64,000 bases of DNA from the human T2T-CHM13v2.0 reference genome, Homo sapiens: assembly GCF_009914755.1 (NCBI RefSeq), contig NC_060936.1, one strand, 5' to 3'. Shown here in pieces: positions 29,880 to 44,163 of this stretch. The position numbers were made by a program, and so were the translations under genes. Below the pieces are notes generated by a model that saw only the letters and a program-made list of their open reading frames with translations, was not told the DNA's origin and did not search any database. Position 1 is the stretch's first letter, and each line of letters begins with the position of its first letter.

Positions 29880-31900
29880 CATGAAATAATATTTTTATTA
29901 TGCTGCTATAATTTCAGCAATTTTTCTCCACATATAAATCTATATTAATACAAATATGAGGATTAGGAAATGTAAAAATTACATTTATAATAACAACAAA
30001 ACTGTAATATAGCCACGATGTCAACAAGAGCCTTAAGAATAATGAAAACTATAGAATGTTCTTGAAGTATACCAAAGATGACATACGAGTTAAGAGATAA
30101 GGAATGAACAGAAAGACTGTGGATGGAAAGACTCAACGTTGTATAAATGTCAAGTTGCTCCAAATTGATTTATAAATTCAAACTATTTCTAACCCAAATT
30201 CCAAAGGTATGTTTTGTAACTTGATTCTGTAATCATTTGGAAGTATAAGTGAATGGTACTGGCTACAAATTATAGAAAAATAAGAAGTCTACAAAAACTT
30301 ACCATAAGCTCGTATTAAGTAAAACAAAACTGAATATAGGAATGGATAAACAGAGCAATGCAACAAAACTGAGATAAGATACAGATAGACATCTATATGG
30401 AAATTTGCTCTATGATAAAGATGATATCTCAAAGTATGCAGAAATGTGGAATTATTTAATAGGTGACATTTGGTCTATTATCTATCCACTTGGAAAAAAA
30501 TTAAGTCATGTTCCAGCTACGGATTGAGTTGTGTTTATCCAAAATGCCTATGTCAAAGCCCTAAGCCTCATTATGATGGTATTTAGAGATGGGGCCTTTG
30601 GGAGGTGGTTAGGTTTAGATGAGATCATGAGGTTGAGCCTCTCATAAGATTAGTACCCCTATTAAAAACTTTTCTTGTCTGTCACTCTCTCTCTCTCTTT
30701 CTCTCTTTGCCTTGTGAGGACATAATGAGAAGGTGGCTGTCTTCAAGCCAGGAAGAGAGCTCAAACCAGAAACCAGACCCTGCCAAAACCTTGGTCTTGG
30801 ACTTTCTAGCCACCAGAACTGTAGGATATCAAGTTTTGCTGTTTATGTCACTCAGTTTTTGTTATGGTGGCTCAAGCACATTAAGACAAACATTGTACAC
30901 AAAATTAAAGCAGATTCATAATTTAAGTGTTTAGAAAACTTAAAAATTCTCTAAGAATATATGGATTCTACTTTTACAAATTTTAGTGAAGGAAAGCCCT
31001 TTGAATCATGATACCAAAGGCAGAAACCACTATGAAAAAAAGTAGATTTGGCTATGAAAAAGTTTAAAACTATTTAGCAAAAGACAGAATAAACTGTTTA
31101 AAAAAACAGAATTAATATTTTACAAGTCAATAAGAAAAAGAAAGAATTCCCCAGTAGGAAAATGACAAAAAGAGTAGTGATTTTTTACAATGAAATAGAA
31201 GAGGCAAGAAATATTATGAAAAAGATGCTTAACCTCACTCGTAATAGAAAAACTGTAATTAATACAAGAAAATACCTTTCACCTTTTTGGTTGCCCTGTG
31301 TTGGTGAATGAGTAAAGAGGCTTGTTTGGTAAGAGTTCAAATTGGTATATTTTGAGGACATTGAAAAATATCTTTATAGATTTGGGATGTATATTTTTAA
31401 ATATAATTATTCCATTTTAAAAATATATGCAAAAAATGAGACAAGAATATATACAATAATCTGTAATAAAGTGTTTACTGCAACATTCGTATTAATAGTA
31501 TAATATTAAGATACTAGAAACAAGAAAATGTCCATCACTAGGGACTGGTTAAACTAGTTTTCTTACCTGGGAACAATGGAATGTCATGTAACTATTTAAA
31601 AAGATGAGATAGCTTTATATGTGTTAACATGAAAATATATATACATAACATTGTCATTGTTTTTAAAGGTTTTAAATGACATATAGTTTATTTCTCATTT
31701 AAAAATATAATCACATATATTTAAAATTTGGGAGGAATACTCACCAAAATGATAACAGTGATATTTTAGGGAATTGAAGATAAAGAAGAACTGTCACTTT
31801 CTACTTCATAAAAATCAGTATTACACAATATTTTTTACAATGTTGTACTACTTTGATAAACAAGCAAAAGCATTAAGGATATTTCTATTGTGCAAAAGAA
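29880..31900 (+). mobile_element. Ancient L1ME-type fragment with a nested MLT1A-like LTR (about 30516-30888)
   Basis: Decayed ORF2 end and 3'UTR; LTR motif ggggcctttgggaggtg.ttaggtttagatgag. Confidence 0.65.
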
Positions 31901-32293
31901 AAAGTTAAAAACTTCTTTTTGCTTAAAAAATATTTTATATATCTCATTACTCAATCTACAAAAACCTAAATTTCCAATATAATATCAATCAACATTTTCT
32001 ATAATTTTACCATAATTATAAAAGATTGCCTTTTCAAAAGATGTCACACAGTATACTAATATTTCTTTTGAATTTCTTGGCAATACTCTGGGATTTAAAT
32101 GATTTCTTAAAACGTCTTATTATGTAGGCCAATGCTCCAAACACTCAGGAGTTAACACAGCTGGAGAAGCTGAATACAATTTTCTTGAACTGAACTCAGG
32201 CAGTATCAGTTCACTGAGGCCCTGTGAATTGCACTTGTTTATCAAATATTCAATACAGAAAGGAGGTTGTCATTTATTCTTTAACATGCTTAC

Positions 32294-32408
32294 CTTGCTA
32301 ATAGCTGGCGTGACTCCATCAGAGTTATTGACCGAAATTCCCATTTCCTATCCAAGCTCACAGGGCTTATAAGTGCCTTGGTGGTTCATCTTTGGTCAAA
32401 AAGGGATC
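32294..32408 (-). pseudogene. GH31 pseudo-exon C (115 nt): DPFLTKDEP/QGTYKPCELG*EMGISVNNSDGVTPAISK
   Basis: Acceptor tttgtag, donor gtaagc; +1 frameshift; in-frame TAG at 32348-32350. Confidence 0.9.
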
Positions 32409-32696
32409 CTACAAATTCCCAAGAACGTTGTCACTGGTAAGAGTCTGTCTGGTGATTGATATTTAAGTGTAAACATTACAAAAATGTTTGAAATAAGAAT
32501 CTCCAATATTCATATAAACAATGTTTAATATTGTACACTTTAAAATCTTCCCACCTATTAAGTACAGTTACAAATATAAGAATTATTTCTATGAATTTTT
32601 TAGTGTTGCAAAATGTGGACCCAAGCAATGTTAATTTAGCAGTGGAATCAGTTGCTTCTAATTAAAATATCCAATTTTCTTTACTAAAAGGATATA

Positions 32697-35600
32697 GGAG
32701 CAAGAGGCAGAGCAAGATGGCTAAATAGAAAGCTTGAAGGATTATCCTCCCCTCAGGAACACCAAATTGAACAACCATCCACACAAAAAAGCACCTTCGT
32801 AAGAACCAAAAATCGGGTAAGTGATGGCAGTACTTGGTTATAACTTCATATTACAAAAAGAGGCACTGAAGAGGGTAGGAAAGACAGTCTTGAATTGCTA
32901 ACACCAACCCTCCCCCATCCCCCAGCAGCGACCTCCTGGCACAGAGAGAGAATATGTGGGACTTTGCATTGGAACTCAGTGCTGCCCTGTCACAGTGGAA
33001 AGCAACACTGGACAGAACTCAGCTGAAACCCACGGAGGGAGGATTTAGACCAGCCCTAGCCAGAATCATCCATCCCAGCCATTGGTACCTGAATTCTAGC
33101 AAACCTCAGCCCTGCAGGCTAAAGTGCTCTGGGGTCCTAAACAAACCGAAAAGGCGGTCTAGGTCACAAGGACTGCAATTCTTAGGCTCAGAACCAGCAG
33201 TTTTGGGGAACATTCAGACTAGTAAGATACCAGTTAGGGTGGTCAAGAAAGTGCTTGCATCACATGTCCCTCAACCCCAGGCAGTGCAGCTCACAGTTCC
33301 AAGAAAGGCTCCTTCTCTCTGCTTGAGGAGAGGAGAGGAAAGAGTAAAGAGAACATTGTCTTTGCAACTTGGATATCAGCTCAACCACAGTAGAATAGGG
33401 CACTGGACAGATTTCTGGGGCACCCATTCCAGGCCCTAGCTCCCAGACATTTCTAGACACACCCGGGGCCTGAAGGGAATCCATTGCCTTGAAGGGGAGG
33501 ACTCACTCCAGGAAGGATTCATCACCTTTTGACTAAAGAGTGCTTGGCCCTGAATTATCAGAAGTGGTGCCAAGGCAGTATTTGCCATGGGACTTGGGTG
33601 AGACTCGGAGATGTGCTGGCTTCTGGTGTGACCCTGGACATTCCCAGCTTGCTGGCTATGGTGACAGACTGCTTTTGAGAAAAAGAGAGGGAAGTGTAAA
33701 AGAGACTTTGTCTTACAGCTTAGGTACTAGCTCTGCTACAGTGGGATAGAGCACCAAGTGGGTTCTTAAGGCCCCCAATTCTAGACTTTGGCTCTTGAGC
33801 AGCACTTCTGGACCTGCCCTGGGCAAAAGAGGAGCAACTTCACTTGAGGAAAGGTCCCAGGCCTGGCAGCATTTACCACAAGTTGACTGAAGAGCCCTCA
33901 GGCCTTGATTGAACATCAGTAGTACCCAGGCTATACTCACTGTGGGCCTGGGGTAGTGATGGTCACTAGGAGAGAGACTCCTCTGTTTGAGGAAAGGGAA
34001 GAGTAGCAAGGACTTTGTCTTATGGCTGGAGTGCCAGTTCAGCCACAGTAGAATGGAGCACCAGGTATATTCCTAAAGTTGCCGACTCCAGGCCCTGGCT
34101 CCCAGAGGGCATCTCTGGACACATCCAGAGCTGGGAGAAGCTCACCACCCTGAAGGGAAGAACATAAGCCTATCTGGCTTTGACACCTGCTAACTGTAGA
34201 ACCCTAGGGTGTTGAGTGAACATTGGTGGTAGCTAGGTGGTGGTTACAGCAGGCATTGGGCAAGACCCAGCACCATGCTGGCTTTAGGTCTGAGCCAGCA
34301 CGGTCCTAGTGATGGTGGCCACAGGGGGCTTGCGTCACTCCTCCTTCAGCTCCAGGCAGCTCAGCAGAGAGAGGGAAGGAGGGAAGGGAGGGAGGAAGCA
34401 GGGGGCAGAGACTGGGAAAAAGTAAGGAAAAAGAACAAGAGTCTTTGCCTGGTAATCCAAAGAATTCTTCTGGATCTTATCCTAGACAATCAAGGTGGTA
34501 CTTTTATGAGTCAGCAAGAGCCACAGTGTTACTGGGCTTGGGGTGCCCCCTAATGCAGATTTGGCTGCAGAGATTGAAACTGTAAATGACAACACCCAAG
34601 TCCCTTAAAATGCCTGGAAATCCTTCGCAGGAAGAATGAGTACAAAACAGCTCAAACTGTGAAGACTATAATAAACCTAACTCTTCAATGCCCTGACACT
34701 GACAAACATCCACAAGCATCAAGATCATCCATAACCTCACAAAATGAACAAAATAAGCTACCAATGACAAATCCTGGAAAGACAGAGACACATGAGTTTT
34801 CAGACGGAAAATTCAAAATAGCTGTTTTGAGGGAACTTGGGGACACTCAAGATAATACAGAGAAGGAATTAAGAGTCCTACCAGACAAATTTTAAAAAGA
34901 GATAGAAATCATTAAGAAGAAAAAATTCTGGAGTTAAACAATGTAATTGACACACTGAAGAATGCATCAGTCTCCTAACAGCAGAATTGATTAAGTAGAA
35001 TAAAGAATTAGTGATCTTGAAGACAGGGTATTTGAAAATAGACAGTCAGAGGAGAGAAAAGGAGAAAGAATGAAGCATGCATACAGGATCTAGAAAACAG
35101 CCTTTAAAGGTCAAATCTAACTGAATGGCCTAAGGAGAAGATAGAGAGAGAGATGGGGTAGAAAGTTTATTCAATTGGATAATAACAGAGAACATCCCAA
35201 TCTTAGAGAAAGATATCAATATTCAAGTATAAGAAGGTTATAGAACACCAAACAGATTTAATCCACATAAGACTACCTCAAGACATTCAATAATCAAACT
35301 CTCAAAGGTCAAGGATAAAGAAAAAATCCTAAAAGCAGCAAGGGAAAAGAAAAAAATAACATACAATGCAGCTCCAATAAGTCTGCCAGCAGGCTCATCA
35401 GTGGAAACCTTACAGGCCAGAAGAGAGTGGCATGACATATTTAAAGTGCTGAAGGAAAAGAAAAAAACTTTTATTCTAGAATAGTATATTCAGTGAAAAT
35501 ATCCTTCAGATATAAAGGATAAAGACTTTCCCAGACAAACAAAAGATGAGGAATTTCATAACACCAGACCTGTCCTACAAGAAATGCTAAAGGGAGTTCT

Positions 35601-38600
35601 TCAATCTGAAAGAAAAGGATGCAAATGAGCCATAAGAAATCATCTGAAGGTACAAAACTCACTGGTAATAATAAGTACACAGAAAAACACAGAATACTGT
35701 AACACTGTAAAAGTGGTGTATAAACTACTCAAGTAGAAAGATGAAAGGCGAACCAATAAAAAATAACTACTATGACAACTTTTCAAGACATAGTACAATA
35801 AGATATAAATAGAAACGAGAAAAAGTTAAAACAGAGGGGGAAGAAGTTAAAGTGTAGATTTTTTACTAGTTTTCCCTTTGCTTGATTTTCTGTGCAATCA
35901 CTGTCAAGTGGTCGTCTGTTTGAAAAAATGGGTTATAAGATATTATTTGAAAGCTTCTTGCCAAGTTCAACTCAAAAATATATACAACAGATATACTAAA
36001 AATAAAAAGCAAGACATTAAAACATACCACCAGAGAAAATTACATTCACTAAAAGGAAGACAGGAAGGAAGGAAAGGAGAGAAGACAACAGAACAACTGG
36101 AAAACAACAAAATGACAGAAGTAAGTCATTACTTATCAATAATAATATTGAATGTAAATGGATGAAGCTGTCCAATCAAAAGACATAGAGTGGCTGAATG
36201 GATTAAAGAAAAAAACCAACAATCTCTTGCCTACAAGAAAAAGGTTTCAATTATAAAGAAACTAATAAAGTGAAAAGAAAGAAATAGAAAAAGAGTCCAT
36301 GCAAATGGAAACAAGAAAAAAGCAGGAGTAGCTATACCTATATCAGACAAAATAGATTTCAAGGCAAAAACTATAAAAGACAAAGAAGATGATTGTATCA
36401 TGATAAAGGGTTTATTCAGAAAGAGTACACAACAATTACAAATGTATAGGTACCCAACACTGCAGCACCCAGACTTATACAGCAAATATTATTAGAGCTA
36501 AAGGGGGAGTAGACCCCAATACAATAAAAGCTGGAGACTTCAACACCTAGTACTGGAAGTCCTAGCTAGAGCAATCAGAAAAGAGAAAGAAATATACATT
36601 GGAAAGGAAGAAGTCAAATTTCCCTTGTTTGCAGATGATATAATCTTGTATTTGGAACAACCTAAAGACTCCAACCAAAATCTATTAGAACTGATACAAA
36701 AGTTCAGTAAATCTGCAGGATACAAAATCAACATACAAAAATCAGTGGCATGTCTGTATACCAACAGCTAACAATCTGAAAAAGAAATCAAGGAAGCAAT
36801 CCCATCTGCAGTAGCCACAAATAAAATAAAATACCTAGGAAATAAGTTACCCAATGAAACGAAAGGGCTCTACAGTGAAAACTATAAAACATTGATGAAA
36901 GAAATTGAAGCGGATACAAAAGAATGGAAAGATATTCTATGTTCATGGAATAGAAAAATGAATATTGTTTAAATGTCCATACTACCAAAAGCATCCTACA
37001 GTTTCAATGGAATCTCTATCATAATACCAATGAGATTCTTCATAGAAATAGAAAAAACAATCCTAAAACTTATATGGAACCACAAAAGACACAAAATAGC
37101 CAAAGCTATTCTGAGCAAAAAGAACAAAACTGGAGGAATCACATTACCTGACTTCAAAGTATGCTACTGAGACATCATAATCAAAACAGCATGGTACTGT
37201 CATAAACACAGACATATTGACCACTGGGACAGACTAGAGAACCCAGAAACAAATCTATACATCTACAGTGAACTCATTTTTGACAAAGGTGCCAAGAACA
37301 TATGTTGGGAAAAAGACTGTCTCTTCAATCAATAGTGCTGGGAAAACTGGATATCTATATGTAGAAGAATGAAACTAGAGCCTTATTTCATGCCATATAC
37401 AAAAATCAAGCTGAATTGGATTAAATATTTTAACCTATGACCTGAAGCTCTGAAACTACTAGAAGAAAGCATTGGGGAAACTCTCCAAGACATTGGAGTA
37501 GGTGAAGGTTTCTTCAGTGATATCCCACAAATATAGGCAACCAAAGCAAAAATGGACCAATAGGATCTCATCTAGTTTAAAAGGTTCTGCAGAGCAAAGG
37601 AAACAATCAACAAAGTAAAGAGACAACCCACAGAATGGGAGAAAACATTTGCAAACTACCCATCTGACAAGGGATTAATAACCAGCATATATAAGGAGCT
37701 CAAACAACTCTATAGGAAAAATCAAACTAGAAATAGGCAAAAGATCTGAATGAACATTTCTCAAAAGAAGATATACAAATGGCAAACAAGTATAAGAAAA
37801 GGTGCATACTATTGATCATCAGAGAAATGCAAATCAAAACTACAATGAGATATCATCTCGCCCCAGTTAAAAAGGCTTATATCCAAAAGACAGGCAATAA
37901 CAAATGCTGGTAAGGATGTGGAGAAACAGGAACCCTCATACACAGTTGGTGGGAATGTATATTAGTACAACCACTATGGAGAATCAGTTAGTTTCCTCAA
38001 AAAACTAAAATAGAGCTACCATATGATCCAGCAATCCCACTGCTGTGTACACACCCAAAAGAAAGGAAATCAGTGTGTTGAAGAGATATCTGCAATCTCT
38101 TCAATATGATAGCACTATTCACAATAGCCAAGATATGGAAGCAGCCTAAGTATTCATCAACAAATGAACAGATAATGAAAATGTAGTACTTAGATGCAAT
38201 GAAGATGGAGTACTATTCAGCCATAAAAAAGAACGAGATCCTGTCATTTGCAGCAACATGGATAAAACTGGAGATCATTATGTTAAGAGAAATAAGCCAG
38301 GCACAGAAAGATGAAGATCACATGTTGCCACTTATTTGTGGGTTCTAAACATTAAAACAATTCAACTCATAGAGATAAAAATAGAAGAAAGGTTATCAGA
38401 GGCTGGGGTGCATAGTATGGGGTGGGGGGAAGTGGGGATGCTTAATGGACACAAAAAAAATAGAAAGAATAAAGAATAGTATTTGATAATACAATAGGGT
38501 AACTGCGGTCAATAATAATTTAATTGTGCATTCAAAAATAATTTAAAGAGCATAATGGGATTGTTTGTAACACAAAGGATAAATGCTTGAGGTGATGGGT

Positions 38601-38722
38601 TCCTCATTTAGCCTAAAGTGATTATTACACATAGCACGCCTGTATCAAAGGTACATTATGCATGTACCTCATAAATACATGCACCTACTATGTACCCACA
38701 CAAATTTTATATAAAAATTTTT
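32697..38722 (+). mobile_element. Near full-length L1MA (MA2/MA3-like) with a large internal ORF2 deletion
   Basis: GAGCAAGATGGC 5' end, about 2-kb 5'UTR, decayed ORF1 and ORF2, L1MA-type 3'UTR. Confidence 0.9.
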
Positions 38723-39144
38723 GAAAGTTATACGAATAGATAAAGGAAATACTCTTGCTATTTTGGTATGCAACCTTACCTGGTTTTGTGTTTGTTGCTT
38801 CTTTGAGATAAAGCTGTGAAATGGTGGAAAAAACCTCGATGGTGAAATCAATATGTTAATTTTCTTTTAGCAAGAGCACTGAGTTTTAAAAACTAAACTG
38901 AATTCCTTCATCACTTGATGACATTTCTATGTCATTAAATAACATAAAATGTACTTATAATCTATCATCCTTTAATGAAACATAACATTTATCATTAAAT
39001 ATTATAAAATTTTATTCCTCAAGATTATACTAGTGTTGGGACTTCTACTTTTTGATAAATTAATTATAATATATATATATATATTTAGAAATGCTTAGAA
39101 AATATAAATTAAAATATTGTGTTTGATCTTCAAAAGAAATTTAC

Positions 39145-39275
39145 CAAAACAATGATATATTGCATTCCATCATTTTCAGTTCCTTAATGTACTCAGGCAG
39201 ACCATCAAATTTGTCCTCATCATATATGAAGTCCATCTGACGTTCCATGCAGTCGATATCACAATACTGAACATC
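39145..39275 (-). pseudogene. GH31 pseudo-exon B (131 nt): DVQYCDIDCMERQMDFIYDEDKFDGLPEYIKELK/NDGMQYIIVL
   Basis: Acceptor gtacag, donor gtaaat. One base is missing in an A-run near 39175 (131 nt rather than 132). Confidence 0.95.
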
Positions 39276-39613
39276 CTGTACCAAGGAGCAACACAGATAT
39301 GAGATTCCAACATCAGGAAAACAGACAAACAGATATTGTTGCAGATTCACAAGTAGCTTATAAGTGACTGCATTCAATTAGAAATTTAAATATTAGTGTG
39401 AGTTTTGGGTTATCTTGTAAGAAAAAGAGAATGAAAATGATTATTTTATTGGAACTGAGAAGATAATATATGAAAATGATTACAGTTACACGTCTCTCTC
39501 TCTTATACACACACACATCCACATCCACACACATATATATTACAGGATAATTACTATACTTTCTGATTTCCTTGTTCCTCTCAATGCCCTCCATACTGTT
39601 TGAGTACATTTAT

Positions 39614-39739
39614 ATGGGGAATATCATATTGTCTTAAATGTCCAACTGTGGTTTTCAGCATATCTAGGCTATTGTAACCCCATCGACACAGCTGAAATCC
39701 CAGAGACCAGTATGGAGGCAAATAGGGATGCCCAATGGC
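39614..39739 (-). pseudogene. GH31 pseudo-exon A (126 nt): AIGHPYLPPYWSLGFQLCRWGYNSLDMLKTTVGHLRQYDIPH
   Basis: Acceptor ttttttcacag; open frame of 42 codons; donor reads ATAAAT (GT>AT). Confidence 0.93.
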
Positions 39740-40219
39740 CTGTGAAAAAATGTATTAAATCCAGAAAAGTTAAAGTGTTGACAAATGTTTATGTTTAGGA
39801 CTGGATAACATAATGCTTTAGTCAGCAAGCAGTTTAAATTTTTCGTACTGTATTGAGACTCTAACATTGTAAGTTGCCATAGTAGCAACCAAAGAGACAA
39901 TGATTAAAATTTGGGGGCTCAAGAACTCCTTTGAGAATCTAATAAAATTCATGGAATTTCTTCCTAAGTCTATATAGCTACAAAGACAATTCTTCTTTCA
40001 GTTTTGTGAGTGGGGGATTATGCTCTGCCTCTGTCCTCCGTTAATTTATTCTAGCAGAAAATTATATAATAGAGTTTTAAACGGCTCCTAAATCAGAAAA
40101 ACTTGGGTTCGCATCTCAGTTCTGCCTTTTAATATCTGTGACATTAGGAAAAAGTATTTAATTTTTACAGTCTTGGTTTTCTCATTTTTAAAACGGAAGA
40201 AAAAGTAATGACCAATTCC

Positions 40220-42600
40220 TTCATTTGCAAGTATTTATTGAATACCCACTATGCACCATCTTAGAACCAAGTTTCTGACTCATGGTGCTTAAATTCTAGT
40301 AGAGAAAAGAAATAATAAACATGTAAACAAAGTCAACTAATTTTTAAAAGGAGACTGTATGGAGGCCGGGCTCGGTGGCTCACGCCTGTAATCCCAGCAC
40401 TTTGGGAGGCCCAGGCGGGCAGATCACGAGGTCAGGAGATCGAGACCATCCTGGCTAACACGGTGAAACCCTGTCTCTAATAAAAATACAAAAAAAAAAA
40501 TTAGCCAGGCCTGGTGGCAGGCGCCTGTAGTCCCAGCTACTCGGGAGGCTTGAGGCAGGAGAATGGCGTGAACCCGGGAGGCGAAGCTTGCAGTGAGCCA
40601 AGATCGCACCACTGCACTCCAGCCTGGGCGACAGAGTCAGACTCTGTCTCAAAAAAATAAAAAAAAAAAATAAAATTAAAAAAAAAAATAGAGTGTATGG
40701 AGGTTGTGGGGATGGAAAGTTTTACAGGGAAGCAGAAGAGAGATGGGGAAAAGTTAGGGGAATTGTCTCTGGCATAAGACCTAAATAAGCCAGTTCTGTG
40801 AAGCGTCCCAGGCAGAGGGATCAAAATGTGCAAAGGCTTGAAGTGTTCAGAAAAAGAAAGTAGGTGAATGTGGCTCGACTATAGCCAACCAAAGAGAGAG
40901 TGAAAGGAAAGGCCAGGGAAGCAGCCAAACATTCACTCCTATAGGGCCATGGCAAAGGGCTGAAACTTTACCTGTCCTCCTTCAACTTTATATGAATTAA
41001 TGAAAATCGTTAAACATATATAAAAGTAGAACAAAATTAACTACAATCCCTTAAAATTCTCAAATACTCATTCAAATTTCCCTAATTCTCTCAAAAAAAA
41101 AAGTCTTTTTAGAGTTGATTTGTTTAAAGGAGATGGATTATATTAAAATTGCAATTGAAGCCATTAAAGTGAGCAACATAATCTGATTTTTTAAAATCAC
41201 TCCGACAAATCTGTCAAATAAATTACAGGAAGGCAAAGGCAGTAGCAATGAAACCATTTAGGTGCCTGATGCACTGTTGAGGCAGAGATGAAAGTAGCTT
41301 GAACAAAAGAGGTAACCTGATGATGTCAAAAAGTGGTCAGAGTGAAATACATTTTGGATATCTTGCCAACAGAACTTCCTGACAGATCTGATGTGGTAGA
41401 ATGAAGAATGGAATGAAGGCTGGTATTTAGGTTTTAGAGTTGAAAAGCAGGGACAATTAATTTTATTTATTGAGTTGGGTAAGATTGAAGGAGGAGCAAG
41501 AGCAGGTTTGTGCAGAGAGAGTTCAGGGGATAAGAAAGATGGATATATACACCTGCTGGTTATCCCTTAGTAGACTAAATATGTTAATATCTAAATGTGT
41601 TAATAGTTTATCCCTTGACAGACTACAAGTTGTGGAACCAGAAGAGATGACAAGAGTTCTGATAGAGGCCAAAGGAGGGCCTAGGAGTAACTTCCGGGAG
41701 GCTCAACATTTGAGGACATGATCAAAGGAGACTAAAAACAAGTAATTGGTTATGTAACAGGATAACCAAGACAATGTGGTAGATACCAAAGGAAGAGAAG
41801 AGAATGTTTCTAGAAGTGGCTGCCTGTGTTCAAATACCATCTGGAGGCTGACTTAGAGGAGAACAGAGACTTGACCACCATGTCTTCTGATTTGATAAGA
41901 CATTTACAGGGAGTGTATATATGTGTATATGTAGTTTAAGGACAAAAAGACATTTTCAGAGAATATATAGATAAAATTAATGACTCAATTGGAATGTGGT
42001 AAGGTGAGGAAGTAGAGACAGCCCATACAGATACTTTGAAGAAGTTTTACAGAGAAGAAGGGAGATGAGATTAAGAGCTGGAGGACACTGTAGGTTCCTT
42101 GGATGATAGTCTTGTTTAGTTTTTCTCAGGTAGGTGCCATTAGTGCATATTTGTTGATGGGAAAGATCTGGCAGGCAGGGATAAATGGATGATGCAGGTG
42201 AGAGCAGAGACAATTGTAGAAGTGCTTTGATAGCTGAAAACACACGTAGATGTAGAACACAGAAGGAATTAGACTTAGATATGAGCAGGAACAACTATAA
42301 CAGGAAGAAAGGCAAAACATATGGGTAGGTATGTTGGTAAACTGATAAATCTGATGTTTGAAAAACAATGGGATTCTTTGTTAATTGCTTCTGATTTTCT
42401 CAGTAAAATAAGCAATGTCAGCAACTGATAGTTGACTGGAGGTGATGTTGGAGGTTTTGGAAAGAGTGTGAAATAATAGTTTCTGCAAGTAGGATTTTAA
42501 ATCACTAAACCAGCACATTTAGTAAGGTTACCAGTCAGTGACATGTGCTTGTGATTAAATTAAAGAAAAACTGGCCAACACAAGCAAGTGATTTTTTTGC
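40220..42600 (-). mobile_element. L2 fragments
   Basis: ttcatttgcaagtatttattgaatacccactatg is the antisense L2 3' end, followed by purine-rich decayed body. Confidence 0.6.
40364..40689 (+). mobile_element. AluY
   Basis: CpG-rich dimer; TSD aga(c/g)tgtatgga. Confidence 0.95.
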
Positions 42601-43711
42601 CAGAAGCTTTCAGCTGCTCAGGTGCAGGAACTGATTTGATCAATCAATTAGCTCAAAGTTCCTGTCTTCTCTGCTGTATACAGAGTTGACGTCAAAAGCC
42701 ATGAACAAATCTGCTTTTCAGGTTTATAGTTTTACTTCAAATTTTCTGCTTACAATCCCCTTTACAATGAATATTGTAACTTGCCTCTCTGACATATCAT
42801 AATGTCTAACACAAAATATGAATGCTGTGTTTATGACATAAATGAATAAAGAGCAGATGATATTATCCATGTTTCATAGATACGTAGGCTAGAAGTATAT
42901 TTTGAGACTTACCTGATTTCATAGTATATGAAAGAATAAAACCAGAACTGATTAGATAAAATCATGTAGGGAGCAGTTAAAACTATGCACTTCTCCAGGG
43001 CCCACTATGGAAGAATTCAATCAGGATTTCTAAGGATTGAACACAGGCATCTGTATTTTTAAAGGCCTCTGGGTGATTGGTACAGAATGAGGTTTGAGAA
43101 TTACTACACTCTATTGTGAGTTGTGGGGAACAGGGACTATGCTTATGCACTGTAACTCCATCTCCAGACCCAAGCTTGTCTTTAGTTCTCACCAAATACC
43201 TTTTTGACTGAATCTCCTAATCCTTAACCAACTGATTCTTGTACCACTACATTTAATGTTAGTCTCAGCTGCTATCTTTTAAATCCATTTTCTTTCATTA
43301 TCACCTTGTAATAAGTGATGAGTGTTTTATCTCCACCTTTTCAATGGCACAGCAAACACCTCCCCTAAAAGACAGCTAAAGAAACAAAAGGAGAAGGAGG
43401 TAGCTGGGATACAAGGCCTGACAACAAGAAAATATGCTTTAAGGATGACAAACAACAGCCATGCAAAACATGGACTTCAGACTGGTGGTGAGGCTCAAAT
43501 AAAAAGGAAGAAAAACAGCATACTGACAGTATAAAGCTGTACAGAACATCTAAGGAAATGTGGATTTTATTGTTCCACAGTAGCTAAAATTATGTGTACC
43601 AGCCTCCCTGTCCCATAAGTTCTAATATATGTCAAGAAACATCCTTCATATTAAACTAAGGATTAGAGCAGCCACACTACTATGTACTTTTCCAGAATTC
43701 TCTAGACAACG

Positions 43712-44163
43712 TGAAAGTTTTCAGAATCAAAATGGAGTCACTTGGGTTTAAAACACTGACAAATAGAGCCAGGAAGACTATGAAGGGTGGATTCTCATAT
43801 ACAAATGCCTGATAACAAGAACTATCACAAAAGACTCGCAAAAACCACAGCCTTGCACAAACGCCATCACAACCTTATGCAAAAAAATTATTTCTAGGAG
43901 GACATCTTCCCAAAAACTGCCTGTCAAACCTCTAAATGGCACCACCCTTGTTATTGCTCCTTGTAGTCAAGAACAATTGACTACAAAGTCAAAATAATTA
44001 TGTAATCCTCCTCATTTAAAGAAAAAAAAAACCTTTGGTCTTCTTTTATCTCCCTGAAGATGCACATAGTTTACTACGGCACACATACTCCTATTGCAAT
44101 GCCATAGACCCAAATAAATATCATTTTCTTTTAGAGCCTCTCTGTTTGTTATTTAGATTGACA
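43712..44163 (+). mobile_element. ERV1-class solo LTR (MER34/MER39-like)
   Basis: TG...CA ends, caaaatggagtca motif, AATAAA near the 3' end. Confidence 0.65.

Noticed and set aside
32954-34553. ORFs up to 161 aa
   Set aside because: They lie in the GC-richer L1MA 5'UTR and show no coding signature.
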